Source: Trichosphaerium sp. ATCC 40318
Lineage: Eukaryota; Protista; Tubulinea
DNA: 64,000 bases
Direction: 5' to 3'
Assembly: GCA_038496445.1 (NCBI GenBank)
Contig: JALMLS010000329.1
Location: forward strand, 124,001 to 188,000
This document shows positions 22,763 to 34,746 of the stretch, piece by piece. Made by a program: the position numbers and the translations under genes. The notes below the pieces were generated by a model. It did no database searches. It was not told the DNA's origin and saw only the letters and a program-made list of their open reading frames with translations. Positions within the stretch are counted from its first letter, which is position 1. Each line of letters begins with the position of its first letter.

Positions 22763-25589
22763 ATGGATCCCTTAAGGGCCATGTCAAATGGTCAGCGTTC
22801 TTCGCTTATGACCCAAAAAGATTACCAGTTTTCAGAAATGCAGCAAACAGAGACTCCAAAAGCGCCAGGCTGGAACACACAGAACGAATACGCAGAAGAA
22901 GACGCAACTTATGAACCACCAAGCGATCCAAGGCACGTGACAAACTTTAGCAAACCAGAAACGCGTAAAAACCTCTAAAACCTTCATTGCGATAATAAAC
23001 AAAGTCATTTCAACATCACAAAAAGAAGAGGTTTACAATTGCCGCCATGTTTCTTTTTTGATAAAATAGATACCCATAAACCATATGATAGGGTTAAAAG
23101 ATCCCAATATTACTATTATTTCAATCAATCAATGATTTTTTAGAAAACTCTTGCTTCTTTTTTAACTTTTCAACGCGTTTTCAATGTAATTAAGTAAAAC
23201 AGTGTTAAACACTACTCCTTGTAACTTATTATGTCTGATAGACCACGTAAGAGGCGTAGGACTATGAAAACAGTGCCTTCTACGGGTTAGTATTTTTAAA
23301 CTCCCTAATAACCTTCTAGCATCGTCAAGAAGGTCAAATCCTTTGTAATTCCGTTAAACGACGGCGCTTTTTTTAATTTTGATTTTTTATTTTTTGGGAT
23401 TACGCACGTGCTTATTTTTTTTACCATTATTTAGCTGCTACTTCAAAGTATATCCAATATCATTGCAATTATTGTCACAAAGATATAAGCAACGTAGTCA
23501 GAATACGCTCCGCCGTAAGTTTCGGGACGGGAGGTTTTTTTTTGAGTTTTCGTTGCGTGAACTTGCGTGTTGCATGCACCTCTGAAATCATGCTGAATTC
23601 CTTTTTTTTAGGTACCTACAGATTCTGATTTTGATCTATGTGTCGAATGCTTCTCTGCTGGTGTTGAGATTGGAAAGCATAAGAACTGGCATGAGTACAG
23701 AGTAATGGAGAATCTTCACTTTCCTTTCTTTTCTGAGGACTGGGGAGCAGACGAAGAGTTCCTTCTATTAGAGGTACAGAAAACCTTTCACACTTGGTTT
23801 TAATATTACTATTTCCCTGATTCTTCTTAAGGGCCTAGAGATATACGGTATGGAAAATTGGGAAGAAGTTAGTGAGCATGTGAGTACAAAAACAAGAGAA
23901 CAATGTGAGGATCATTACAGAGAATTTTATATTAACTTAGATTGCTGGCCTGAACCAGTACGTCAACACATCAAGTCTTCACGAGTATTCATCGTGGTTA
24001 GGATTTCAGTAATGCCATGGGATCTAAGGAAGAAGTACAAAGGCTGAACGCCGGTGAACCATCAGGAGTAGTGCACCAGTCGCCTAGTACGAATGCTCTT
24101 GGATTAAAGTCAGTACAAGAAATTTGACTGATTTTTTTTAGCACGCAAGACAACAGGAGTTCATGTACCAAAAACAGGAGCATCAGTACCAGTAGTACCA
24201 GAATTATCAGGGTACGTGCCATACTTTTATCACGTGAGCAAGAAACTTACCAAACAATAGATGGATGCCTTTGCGCCATGAATTTGAATATGGTACTCTT
24301 ATTTCTCAGTTAATATTCTTCTTCCTCATTTTAACGTCTTTCTAAGAATGGGATAATGAAGCAGAAAAGACTGTCAAAGATATAGAGTTCGGTCCAGATG
24401 ACACAGAAGAGTCAGAAGGTAAAAAAAAATCACTGAGATGAAAATTGTTTTCTTACAGTTTGACTTTGTAGCACTTAAATTAAAACTGCTTGAAATATAC
24501 AATTGGCGTTTAGAGATACGTGCTAAACATAGGGAATTTGTATTAAAACATAAGCTACATGATACAAAAAAGCGTCAAGTACGTCAACTGAAAATTATGA
24601 AAAAAACAAAAAAGTTTTACTGGTTTTGATGTTTTGATGTTTTGATTCTCACGTATTTTTCACTTTGTGTTTATGCCTATGTTGCATACTTTTAATAAAT
24701 GCAATAAAACTCATTTGTAAAACTAGGCAGATGAAAGGAAGCGAACAAAGAGCGAAAAAGAAATGTATGGTAAAGTAAGAAAATACGTTCAAGTCATGGA
24801 TATGAGTAGCCTAGATAAGCTCTATGAAGGTACTTTCCAACAACAAAAACTCACAAAAAACCTTTAGATAGACACAGACCTATAGCCTTGAACTTACTTT
24901 TTTTTAAGGCCTCGTTAACGAGAACATGTTGAGAGAAAAAATCCTAAAATACCAAAAATACCGAAGCAAAGGCATGAGATCAGTCGCTGAAGGTGAAATG
25001 ATGGACACGTGAGTACTCATTTCCTAACCTTAAAAACTTACCGTTTATATTTCTAACCAATTGTTTCAGATCTTCAAGAAGCTCAGACCCGACTTATGTC
25101 CCAGAACGTACAAGCACGAAAAACGTTTTTTTTTAATTTGAATAATCGTTTAACTGGTTTTCTTCGGTTCAGGGTACACTAGAAGACGTGGAAGACCTTG
25201 TAAAGATACACTTAATGTCAGTGGTAAACCATCATTTGATGCATTATCAAAGAAAGAAGCACAATTCTGCTCAACATACCATCTTTTGCCACATCAATAT
25301 CTTGTTATTAAAGAAAAACTACTTCGAACAGCAATAGAAACAACAGAAGATGGTTTAAGCCTTGGAAAAGAAAAAGCAATAGAAGTATTCCAAAACCTTG
25401 GTAAGACAATTCCATTGTTATAAAGAACTAACAAAGGTTTTTTTTTGTAAACTAGACCCTGTGATTGGACCAGCTGTTTATGAATTTATGTTTGATAGTG
25501 GATGGTTAGGAAGAAAAAAGTTTAATGGAGTTAGTGGTCAATATCCCATTAACGGACATCCGTTAATGTATCCACGTGTTACAAGGTAG
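22763..25589 (+). CDS. ADA2: Transcriptional adaptor ADA2 (ZZ, SANT, SWIRM), multi-exon
   Basis: YHCNYCHKDIS...DFDLCVECFSAGVEIGKHKNWHEYRVM (ZZ), [29 protein letters not shown] (SANT), GWMPLRHEFEYEWDNEAE, and LLPHQYLVIKEKL...VYEFMFDSGWL (SWIRM). The first exon is less certain. Confidence 0.92.
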
Positions 25590-25689
25590 TAGTTTATTAT
25601 TAGTAAGGATAGTTTATATGTACACGTGATAGAGATGTAGTAGTAATTAAAACGCAAACTTTTTTTTTTCAAGCTACTTTTGTTTATGT

Positions 25690-25945
25690 TTATCTCAAGG
25701 TTAATTGTATGAACACCAGCTAATGCTTTGACTCCATCTGTTCTTTGTCTACACCGAAATAGATCAATAGTATGGACTCCATCTAAAGCTTTAACACCTT
25801 CATCTGTTATTTGATTGTTAATTGCAATTACTTGAACACAAGCCAAGGTTGCAAACCGCATATTTAGCCAAGGTTGGAAACGTTGAAAGCGCGAGTATTT
25901 TCTCCAATATTTCACGTGTTATAATACTGAATCAATTCTTTCAAA
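25690..25945 (-). pseudogene. Truncated, frameshifted F-box-LRR relic
   Basis: IITREILEKIL (F-box-like) in one frame, then ITDEGVKALDGVHTIDLFRC..DGVKALAGVHTINL in another. No intact gene. Confidence 0.75.
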
Positions 25946-26060
25946 TTATGACAAGAGAATCCAGGAGTTTTAGTAACATCACGTTCTTTCTTGTCTGAAA
26001 AAGGAAATCCACGTGAAGCGTGTAAGCGTGTAAGCGTGTAAGCATTATAGTTTTAGAATT

Positions 26061-26568
26061 CTACAAGTAGCCAACAAGACACATCATCTCTTCACAAGAA
26101 GGCACACGTAATTCCATTGCAAGGTAATACCAAAGGTATGGCTGGGTGTTTGATTTACTAACCGCTTCTATACGAGTTACGCCTGCAAGGGCATGTCGGT
26201 GGTGTTTACAAGCCATGCTATCTGATAGGTTGCGTTTCATGTACTTAAACACTATGTTATTCATCGGCATAGTCTCTTGCATGCAGCTGTTCGTGCAAGT
26301 GTCGACAATACCACAACCGCCTTCTCCAAGAATATTGTCGTTGTCCATGGCGTACTTGGTTTAGATCGCTTGCTGTTCTTCTTGAAGATGTTGTGGAACT
26401 AGTTGAAACGTTGTTTGATTGAGTCGAACATTGGAGGAGGCGTTTAATTGGTTTGAGTAAATCAGTTTTGTATTTTTTGATGCTACTTGTAATGCCACTG
26501 AAAAAGTGTTTTGCAAAATTGCTTTGACTGTCGGTACTTTTCCGCGGCACAGCATACACCGATCGCAA
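26061..26568 (-). pseudogene. Protein kinase N-lobe relic
   Basis: KYAMDNDNILGEGGCGIV (Gly loop), IVFK, YLAMEL. A frameshift near 26360 separates it from the upstream S/T-rich frame. Ends before the catalytic loop, next to a (GCGTGTAA)x3 repeat at 26018-26043. Confidence 0.55.
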
Positions 26569-27044
26569 AATATGTATAAGTACAGAATCCTAGCTACATG
26601 TTCCAAATAGAAATTGAAGTTTAAGATGGTTCTGAGATGAGTAAAAACGTCTTAAAGATTCTCAAAATCCCACAGATATCAAAACATTATTATTTTCGAA
26701 AATGTGTCAAAAATTGATGCTGCCCCGTGGCCTAACCTGATAGTACGTCCAGAAATACAATTCTACACATTGAGAGTAAATAATAAATCAGCAATGCTTT
26801 CGGAAGCCACACAAATGACAAAACTACAATATACATCAACTTAAATGTTGCAAGTACTTCTAGCTACGGAGAATCGCCAAAACCTTCTCTTAGAGTCTTT
26901 GAACTTTCCTAAATAAAGGTGTAAGCTTTGACATGTAGCACAGAGTACAATCAGTATACAAGCTACATATTGATCTTGTACCTGAACCTGTCATGTGGTA
27001 AAACCAACGACAGTGAGCTATGAACTAATGCATTTATGTTTGAG

Positions 27045-27240
27045 GTTTGGACAATCCACTTTAAAGGTATCTTTCACATATTTCAATACACTGTCATTAT
27101 CAATTTAGTTGCAGTGGTTTTGACAATATATTTGACGTTTGTGGCGGATTGTTTCCCACGTGAACGTGTTACCTAAATTCACATGAATTTGTTGAATTTT
27201 TGGTGTTTCTACAGGACTTTATTGAACACATGACTGCACG
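27045..27240 (-). pseudogene. Inverted partial copy of the promoter and 5' end of the AhpD-like gene
   Basis: Reverse complement aligns to 36368-36590 (gtgcagtcatgtgttcaataaagtc...aaagtggattgtccaaac), with an internal deletion. Confidence 0.9.
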
Positions 27241-27423
27241 AATACACTCAGTCCCTCGATCCAACACTGCAATACATTTCAAACAATTACGAATTTTCAA
27301 CCATTCAAAAATAATGAAACGAACAACCGTGAAAAAGGTACTTGTGTCTTGATATTAAAAAGTATCTCAATTTATTTGACCTAAAACTATGCTAATGTCA
27401 GAACATATTTATCATTTCACCGG

Positions 27424-28311
27424 TTATTCATCCTCTATTGTGATACTCGCTATTTCACCTTGGACAATCACACAACTTACTATGAGTTCTCCACTTTCAT
27501 GCCATAGTTTTACCTCGCCATGTTGCTTATCATCAACAAAAAAACTCTTTACCTCGATTTGTCCATTATCATGCCACTCTTTGTATTCACCATTTTTTTT
27601 ATCATCTTTCCATGTACTTTGTATTTTAAGCTGTCCATTCTCATACCAAACCTTAGACTCTCCATCTTGTTTACCGTTAATAAAATAACTGATTGACATG
27701 AGTTGACCGCTATCATACCACCTCTTACGCTCGCCATTTAGTTCACCATCAATGTACATAGTTTCTATGCTGAGTTGACCATTCTCGTGCCAAATCTTTA
27801 CCTTTCCATCTATTTTATCATCATGCCAGTGTATATGTGATTTAAGTTGTCCGTTCTCATGCCATTGTTTGCTTTCATCAGTTTTCTTGTTTGCAATTAA
27901 CACTCTATGTACTCTTATTTGTCCGTTCTTATACCATCCTTTGTGTTCACCATTTGCTTTACTATCAACAAACATACTTTGTACTTCAAGTTGTCCATTG
28001 TCATACCATATTTTATACAAGCCATTCATCTTACCATTAACAAACATCATTTGTTCTCTAAGTTGACCATCTTTATACCACTCATTGTATAATCCATTTA
28101 ACATACCATCAACCTTCATTACATGCACCTTAATCTCTCCGCTTTTATACCACTGAAGCCATTGTCCACTAGGTTGTAGTTTTTCATTGAAATGTGTGTT
28201 CATTGCAGCTGTCTTTGAAAGTGTATGAAACTTTGTGAATGCTTCAATACCGAAGGTACAAATGTACTTTTGAATTTCTCTAGGAAGATCTAGTACTGTA
28301 CAAACAGACAT
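27424..28311 (-). CDS. Intronless F-box-like + MORN-variant (YwqK-antitoxin-like) repeat protein
   Basis: VLDLPREIQKYI at the N-terminus, then about ten 24-aa repeats of GxxKxWYxNGQLxxxxxxxxGKxx. Confidence 0.85.
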   Translation of the reverse strand: MSVCTVLDLPREIQKYICTFGIEAFTKFHTLSKTAAMNTHFNEKLQPSGQWLQWYKSGEIKVHVMKVDGMLNGLYNEWYKDGQLREQMMFVNGKMNGLYKIWYDNGQLEVQSMFVDSKANGEHKGWYKNGQIRVHRVLIANKKTDESKQWHENGQLKSHIHWHDDKIDGKVKIWHENGQLSIETMYIDGELNGERKRWYDSGQLMSISYFINGKQDGESKVWYENGQLKIQSTWKDDKKNGEYKEWHDNGQIEVKSFFVDDKQHGEVKLWHESGELIVSCVIVQGEIASITIEDE

Positions 28312-30842
28312 TGTAGTCTATGAGGTGATGTGTTAACCTACAAAGGACCTTTATTACGAGGTTTAATAGTACAGCATCACTTTTAACTCTTTAGGTGTTT
28401 GTCAAGTATCAGAGAAAGGTCTGATGCACAAAGGAAGGCAACCTGGTATACGTACTTGTCAATTAGCTATGATTTCAGGTTGGTGTATTGGCACGACTCT
28501 GCGTTAGATACTAGAATAATAAAGCGCTCAGAGAAACGGCTGAGAGTTACTACGAGCTGAGAACGATTTTAAGCGGAAACGAAATCTTGTTTAAGTTTTT
28601 TTTTCGATTTTCTTCTCTCATGAATACCACTCTTACTGTTCTCGTGTTGCTCGCTTTCACAACATTTGTATTCGCTCAAACATGCCCTGATGGCACTAGT
28701 TGCTCTTATACATGTTGTCTGATTGGAAATGGCACGTAGATATTCCAAGTGGTTCGAAATAACCGCTTTTTGCCTCTCAATTTTAATGTCACATGATTTC
28801 AAACAGTTTTTCTAATATCTCAACTGTAACAATCCATACTTTGCACTGACTCACCTCAAAAGGACAATACGGTTGTTGTCCTTATGTACAGGCCATATGT
28901 TGTTCAGATGGTCAGCATTGCTGCCCTGCAGGTTACACATGTGACCTGACAACCAAGGATTGCGTACCAGGTTTGAAACGCTCTTTACCAATACCTCTCA
29001 CAGGTATAAAAAAATATTGATGTTATTATTACTGATACCCTTTTTGAAGCTACACGTCCAATCACTGCGATTAATAACGTCAAAGATTGAATATTTCAAT
29101 ACAAAAAGAAAAAAATTCTCACGTTTTTGTTGTAACAAAAATAAACAGAACATGTGGTCTTGCATGACATCAAAGATATTTTAAATATGTCCCTAGCGAT
29201 GGCATGCGCTCTAAAAAGTTGTTTTGAAGTTCAATTTTCCTCACCCAATGACAGCACTCAGTGTACATATTCGCACTTTCGACATTGCGAAAAAAAAAAA
29301 AAAAACAAACATAAAACAATAACACGTGTTGCTTGTTAAATCCTCTAATAACGCACCAGTTGAGGAACACAAATATTTGAGATCACTTTTCACAACCTCT
29401 CCACTTCTATCGCGTGCTTACAGGGAAAATAACGTATTGAGCGAAAATAAGCAAGTAGTTTCCTGCGTAGGTTCGTATTATGGCGTGGCGAAACTGCATT
29501 GTTAGTTTATCCAATTTTTACGGTTTACGGGCTGTTAATTCACTATGGTTACAGAAACGCAATTTAGAGGTATGAATCAGTAACTATTGACGGTTTTCAA
29601 CTTAATTTAACAAAGGCATTTGTCGTTTTCAGTTCAGTTACCGCGTCGTTCATGCTACACGCGACAGATACTCGATTTAACCTTCCTGGAGTCATTAAAG
29701 TTGATAAGCGTTTACAAAACATTTTTCTGTGGATTGATCGTGTCTTATCAGTGGTCGTTGCAGCGGTTGTACTTTTAGGAAGAAAGCAGAGCGTTTCGAC
29801 AGTACGTTTTTACGAAATCAGTTCCCTTTCCTGTTTTATTTTTTCTTCTTACGTTTCTGTGACCTTTCACCAATACTCATCTAGCTATCAGCATATGCAC
29901 CAATAGCTATACTTGGCTTGTTATTAAACACGCTTTCTCTTACACTCAAAGACGACCCATACGTACTAACACATACCATATGGCATTTTCTCGCGTATCA
30001 CCTGGTACGAACGCAATATTTGCAATAACTGTTTAAAATTGCGTCACAATGTCTGAAAAACAAGTGTTAGGTGTACGCCCTAACAAAGGACTAAGCTTTA
30101 CGAATATAGTATAACAAGAAAAACCATAAACGTTTGGTAACCAGTCTGACCTGAATCCGGCTTGTTCAAACAAAACATTCTAAAATAGGCATACAGACAA
30201 GATAACTCTCTATTATGACTGTACATGACGTACGATGTCGACGGGGAACGTTCCGATGATCAGTTCCGAAAACCCTTCTAAACAACGTGAAGAACCTCCA
30301 AAACGGAGAAAAGAATCAATTTCTTCAGGAAAATAAACTGTTGTTTACTCCCCCTATACACTTGCAATAGAATTACAGGAGTTTAGTTTTGGGTTCTTTT
30401 CGGTTTTTTCTACGTCATAATAGAAATGGGCGCTAGAGGAGTGTATAATTATAACATGTGTATGTCGCATGCAAAAAAGGCCTCTGCTGCACGTAAATTC
30501 ACTCAGTTGTGAAAATGGAAACAAACCTTAAACGTATTGCTTGAAATGCATGCTAGAGCGTAACAATAAACGAAAAAAAGGAGGAAAACGGCAAGAGAAT
30601 AGCGTCAAGCTGGCGACATTTTTTATTATTTTTGACGAATTAGCACGTCCTAACAATAAAATACGGAAGCTCTTACGTAATCGCGAGCGGCATGATTGAT
30701 TGCGGTGGTTTTTTGACAGACTTAACCTTCAATAAATAAAAAATCATTTTCAGTCTGTAGTTATCTTTAGCTTACAACCCTACACAAAAAAGTTGACTCA
30801 CAACGCCGGTGCTGGAGTTGCTCAATTGATTTTGCTCTAATT

Positions 30843-32773
30843 ATGGGCATTTGCTCGGGAACTGAGGGAAAAGATGTTAGAACAGAAGAGTCGAAAGGCA
30901 TCGATTTAGATTTAAAGAAGGCTAGAAAGATAGCCAAGTACAGAATTAAGGTCTTAATACTTGGTACAAGCGCCTCAGGCAAATCTACAATTGTGAAGCA
31001 AGTTCGTTTGCAGTACGGAACGGGATTTTCGAGCCACGAACGGGAGAACTTTAGAGACATTGTACATTTAAATATCTTCACGGGGATAAAATACCTAATT
31101 GATCGAGCTGAACAACTCTCGTACAAGATATTGCGAAAGAACAAAAAGGCAAAGGCTAGCCTCCTTGCAGCCAATCTATACGACCCCGGAGCGAGTCGTA
31201 CTACTCTTTTGGAGGCTTGTAAGACTCTTTGGAGCGATCAAGGTAAGTGCGAAACGATCACAATTTAAAAGCTCCAAAACCTTAAAACTACTCTCCGCTA
31301 AACCATTATTTGCTTTTTCCAGTCTGCTATTTTAGCCAAATTGCCACCGTTTCAATTTAATAAATTTTTTTTTTTGTCCAAATTTGCGTTTGGAGTCGTG
31401 TTGCAAGAGGTATTCCCTCCGCTGACTATTTGAACGTCTAATTTGAACAAAATAACCCTTTTTTAACCTCCTCAAATACGTTTTTTACTGCGGCTTTTTT
31501 TTTTTCTATATTTTTGACACCACGTAGGTATACAAAAGTGCTTTGAGCAACGTTGTGAAGATCCAAATGCTCTGCACTTGAAATATTGGATGGACAACGT
31601 AATTGATAAACTCATCGAAAAAGACGATTGGATGCCTACTGACGACGATATTATCTTCGCCCGACAGCGTACAACTGGTATTGTCGAAGCAAAATTTCAG
31701 CAAAAACAGTACGCGCTTTCTTCGTTTTACTTTGGCCTACGACAGTATCGAATACCTCCGATATACTTTTATAAACGCTACATTGACCTTCCTCTCCTCT
31801 CTCGTTCCACAAAATGCTAACTAATTTTAATTAAAGGTACGAATGGCTTCTAGTTGATGTTGGTGGTCAGAAAACAGAAAGGAGAAAGTGGATTCATTGT
31901 TTTGATGGGTAAGGAGCTTGATTGATTTTTTTTTTTTTTCTCCTCTTCGTCAATAATTTTTTCTCCTTGTCTCTAACCCTGTGATAGCATGACTGCAGTA
32001 ATATATGTCGCTGCATCGAACGAGTGGGATATACCTAGCGAGGAAACTGAAGGGGCTACTAAAATGCAAGAGTCGTTAGGAGTATGGCGCCAGGTACGTT
32101 TAAGAGTTTGTTCAGGAATTATATAATTTGTGAACCTTTTTAATTTCTGAAAAGCCAAAAAAAAACTTTGATAGATTATTGCTTGTTTCGTTTGTACTAA
32201 TAATGCCTCCATAGCACGTTAATTCACCTGCGTTTGCCGAAACATGTATTATTCTTTTTTTAAACAAGATGGACCTCTTAAACGAGAAGCTAGCGGTTGT
32301 TGACCTTCAAGAAACATTCTCAGAGTACACAGGTGGTGCAGATGGTAAAATGGTGCGTGTTTTAAGCCTCTTCACGTTGTCGTAAACAGCCGATATAAAA
32401 ATATAATTCAAACGCTGTTCTCGTTAGAAGAAAACCCTCTCTTACCGCTTTTTAGGCATTAGAATTTATAAAAAATCAATATTTGGATGCTGTAGATAGG
32501 GATGGCCACCCTGCATCTATATACGTGCATCCAACATGCGCTATTGATAAAGAACAAATACGTGCGTTGTTTGAAGAACTTTACTTGATTTTTTATTTTA
32601 TTGCTGATCAAGGAGACTATTGAAATGCACTGCGTCTCGCCTTGAGTTTTTTTTAATTTTATTTTTACGTAAACCTTTCCACTACAAAATACTCAAGTTT
32701 GGTTATAGGCGCCGTATTTGGGATGGTCATGGACAACATCTTTAAAGAGAGACTACGCGTGTCTGGCCTGTAA
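30843..32773 (+). CDS. Heterotrimeric G-protein alpha subunit, multi-exon
   Basis: MGIC (myristoylation/palmitoylation site), KVLILGTSASGKSTIVKQ, RQRTTGI, DVGGQKTERRKWIHCFD, FLNKMDL, TCAID, C-terminus LRVSGL*. Confidence 0.95.
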
Positions 32774-32954
32774 TTTAGATAAAGGAAAAATAGACCCACT
32801 ACTTGTACAATAAACGGCATAAACTGTATCTCTGTGATTAATTAATTGTTATTTGGAATTTGTTTTTTTTTTTGTTATTTATTATCAAGTAGTGTACACG
32901 CCAATTTTTTTACAATCACAACACGTTTCTTTGTGCTCTTTGGAATTTTTTTTT

Positions 32955-34693
32955 TCAGGCTTTGTCTGAGATGGTATAATCTGTCGCTTCGTATTCCGAA
33001 ACAAAAAATACGTTGCTGTGTTTCTCCAAAAGCGCTTGTAGATCCCTACAAATCTTCACAATAATATCTACAGTGCCTTCACGCATTGATGTGCTTGCCA
33101 GGAGCATAGGCAACTTAACTACGTAGTTGTAAGTGCACAAATACGCACAAAAACTTTTTTACTTTTTTCTCTCAAATCATAATGCGTATGTCAGGAATAC
33201 TTCAAAACACGTACCAATAAACCTTAGTAGATGCTCAGCACCATAGAGGTCCGAGACTGAGCAAGTCTTAAGTTTTTTCCGCATATGTCTGTATTGCTTC
33301 CTTTCATAGCGATAAAGCAAGTGAACGCCCAAGTCTTCTTCAAAATACTTTTTTAAGTTAAGTGCGACTTCAACGTCTTCAGCGCTGTAATCGTCCTTGT
33401 GAACTTTGGAGGAGTGTGTTAGTATTAATCTCCGGGATGTAGAGGTGTTATAATTTAATAAAAGGGTAATGTAAGGCCAACAAAACAAGAAAAAAAAGTT
33501 CTAGCAAGTGAACAAAAACCAAATAAAGTTTTTGGTTGGTAGTCCCTTTAGACTCAAAAAAACTCATCACGTTTTAATGCATATCAAAGGAGTTCATGTT
33601 GTGATATAGATTTTTCGAAGGAGAATAAAAAAAGTTGATCCACAAAGGGAGGAAGTTCGCTGCAGTGAAATGTTTTCTGCACAATCAATTGTTTTTTTTT
33701 TTGGTTTCTCTTTTTTACCTTCTAGTAATCTTCTAATGATTGTTTCGGTATTCGGACTTCGTGGTAATGGTACTAGCTAATATTGTTATGTTAGTGATGT
33801 TGTTTTTAACGTTGTATATGAGCTACAAAGAGAGAGTTGATTTTTTTTTTTGTATTGATTTTTGCGCTCTTTACTTCATAACCCGTACTTCTTTACTCTG
33901 CGTTATCCAACAACAATCATCAACTAATCGCTGACGTAAAGGCATGCTTATAGGGATTTTGTTTTTAAGCATATCATACTCGTCCTAAAAAGACTTTGAG
34001 TTTGTTGTAATAGCCTCTATGTGTTTTGTTTTTGACCTTTTGCGATGTTTCGCTGTGTTTTCGTTTTTGAACTCTAACTACGACCCGATATCAGCGTATT
34101 TGTTCAGATTTGATTTGTTTAAAGGGATTTTTAGGTTGGGACGTACGGACGCGCTTTGCTGGACCATTGGAGGTTTCTTTATTATCGGCTTTCGCATCTT
34201 GGAGAAGCTGTTGTTGCAGTTCTAGGTTCGCAGAGTTTATCTCTAGTAACTGACTTGTATCAACCCAGTCATTATGTCTGTCGTGAAACAAACCCGTGTT
34301 AGAACTGCAAAGTAACAATGTTTAAGTGCTAAGGGTCTTGATAGAAAATGAGGCATCGTGTGCCACACATACGAAAAAAAAGCAAAGCATCCACAAAGGG
34401 TCAGTAGGTAGTGTGATAAAATGCATTTATTTCGCTGCTTATGTGTTAAAACATTGGTTTGCGTACCTGCTGTTCCACCCTTGATAGTGAATGTGATATA
34501 ACGGTTTGTTTTCATTTGCTTTCGCGTCGAAGACTAGTTTTACGTCCAAAACCTAAAGTATTTGTTAGTTTTAATAAATGCAAATAATTTTAGTTTAAAG
34601 TCATGCCTTTGCTTCGTATATGAGTGAGTGGTGATACGCGAGTGCCTTGTCGCCAATTTTAAACTTTCCACTTGGTGTTTCCTTAGTTGTCAT
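32955..34693 (-). CDS. MRG15: MRG15/Eaf3 chromo-barrel + MRG domain protein, multi-exon
   Basis: FKIGDKALAYHHSLIYEAK|VL...YHIHYQGWNS|RHNDWV; LKKYFEEDLGVHLLYRYERKQY...SDLYGAEHLLRFI|VKLP. Confidence 0.9.
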
Positions 34694-34746
34694 TTGGAAT
34701 TGAGCAAACTTAACGAATGGCTAGGTTAAGTACAGCAAAAAAAATA

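Noticed and set aside
26722-26736. GCCCCGTGGCCTAA resembling a tRNA-Arg 5' end
   Set aside because: No anticodon arm, T-loop (GTTCRA) or acceptor stem follows.
28500-30340. Short ORFs in the long region upstream of G-alpha
   Set aside because: No coherent exon chain or family motif.
30355-30447. TATACACT...AGTGTATA as a possible Tc1/mariner MITE
   Set aside because: Inverted match is only 8 bp.
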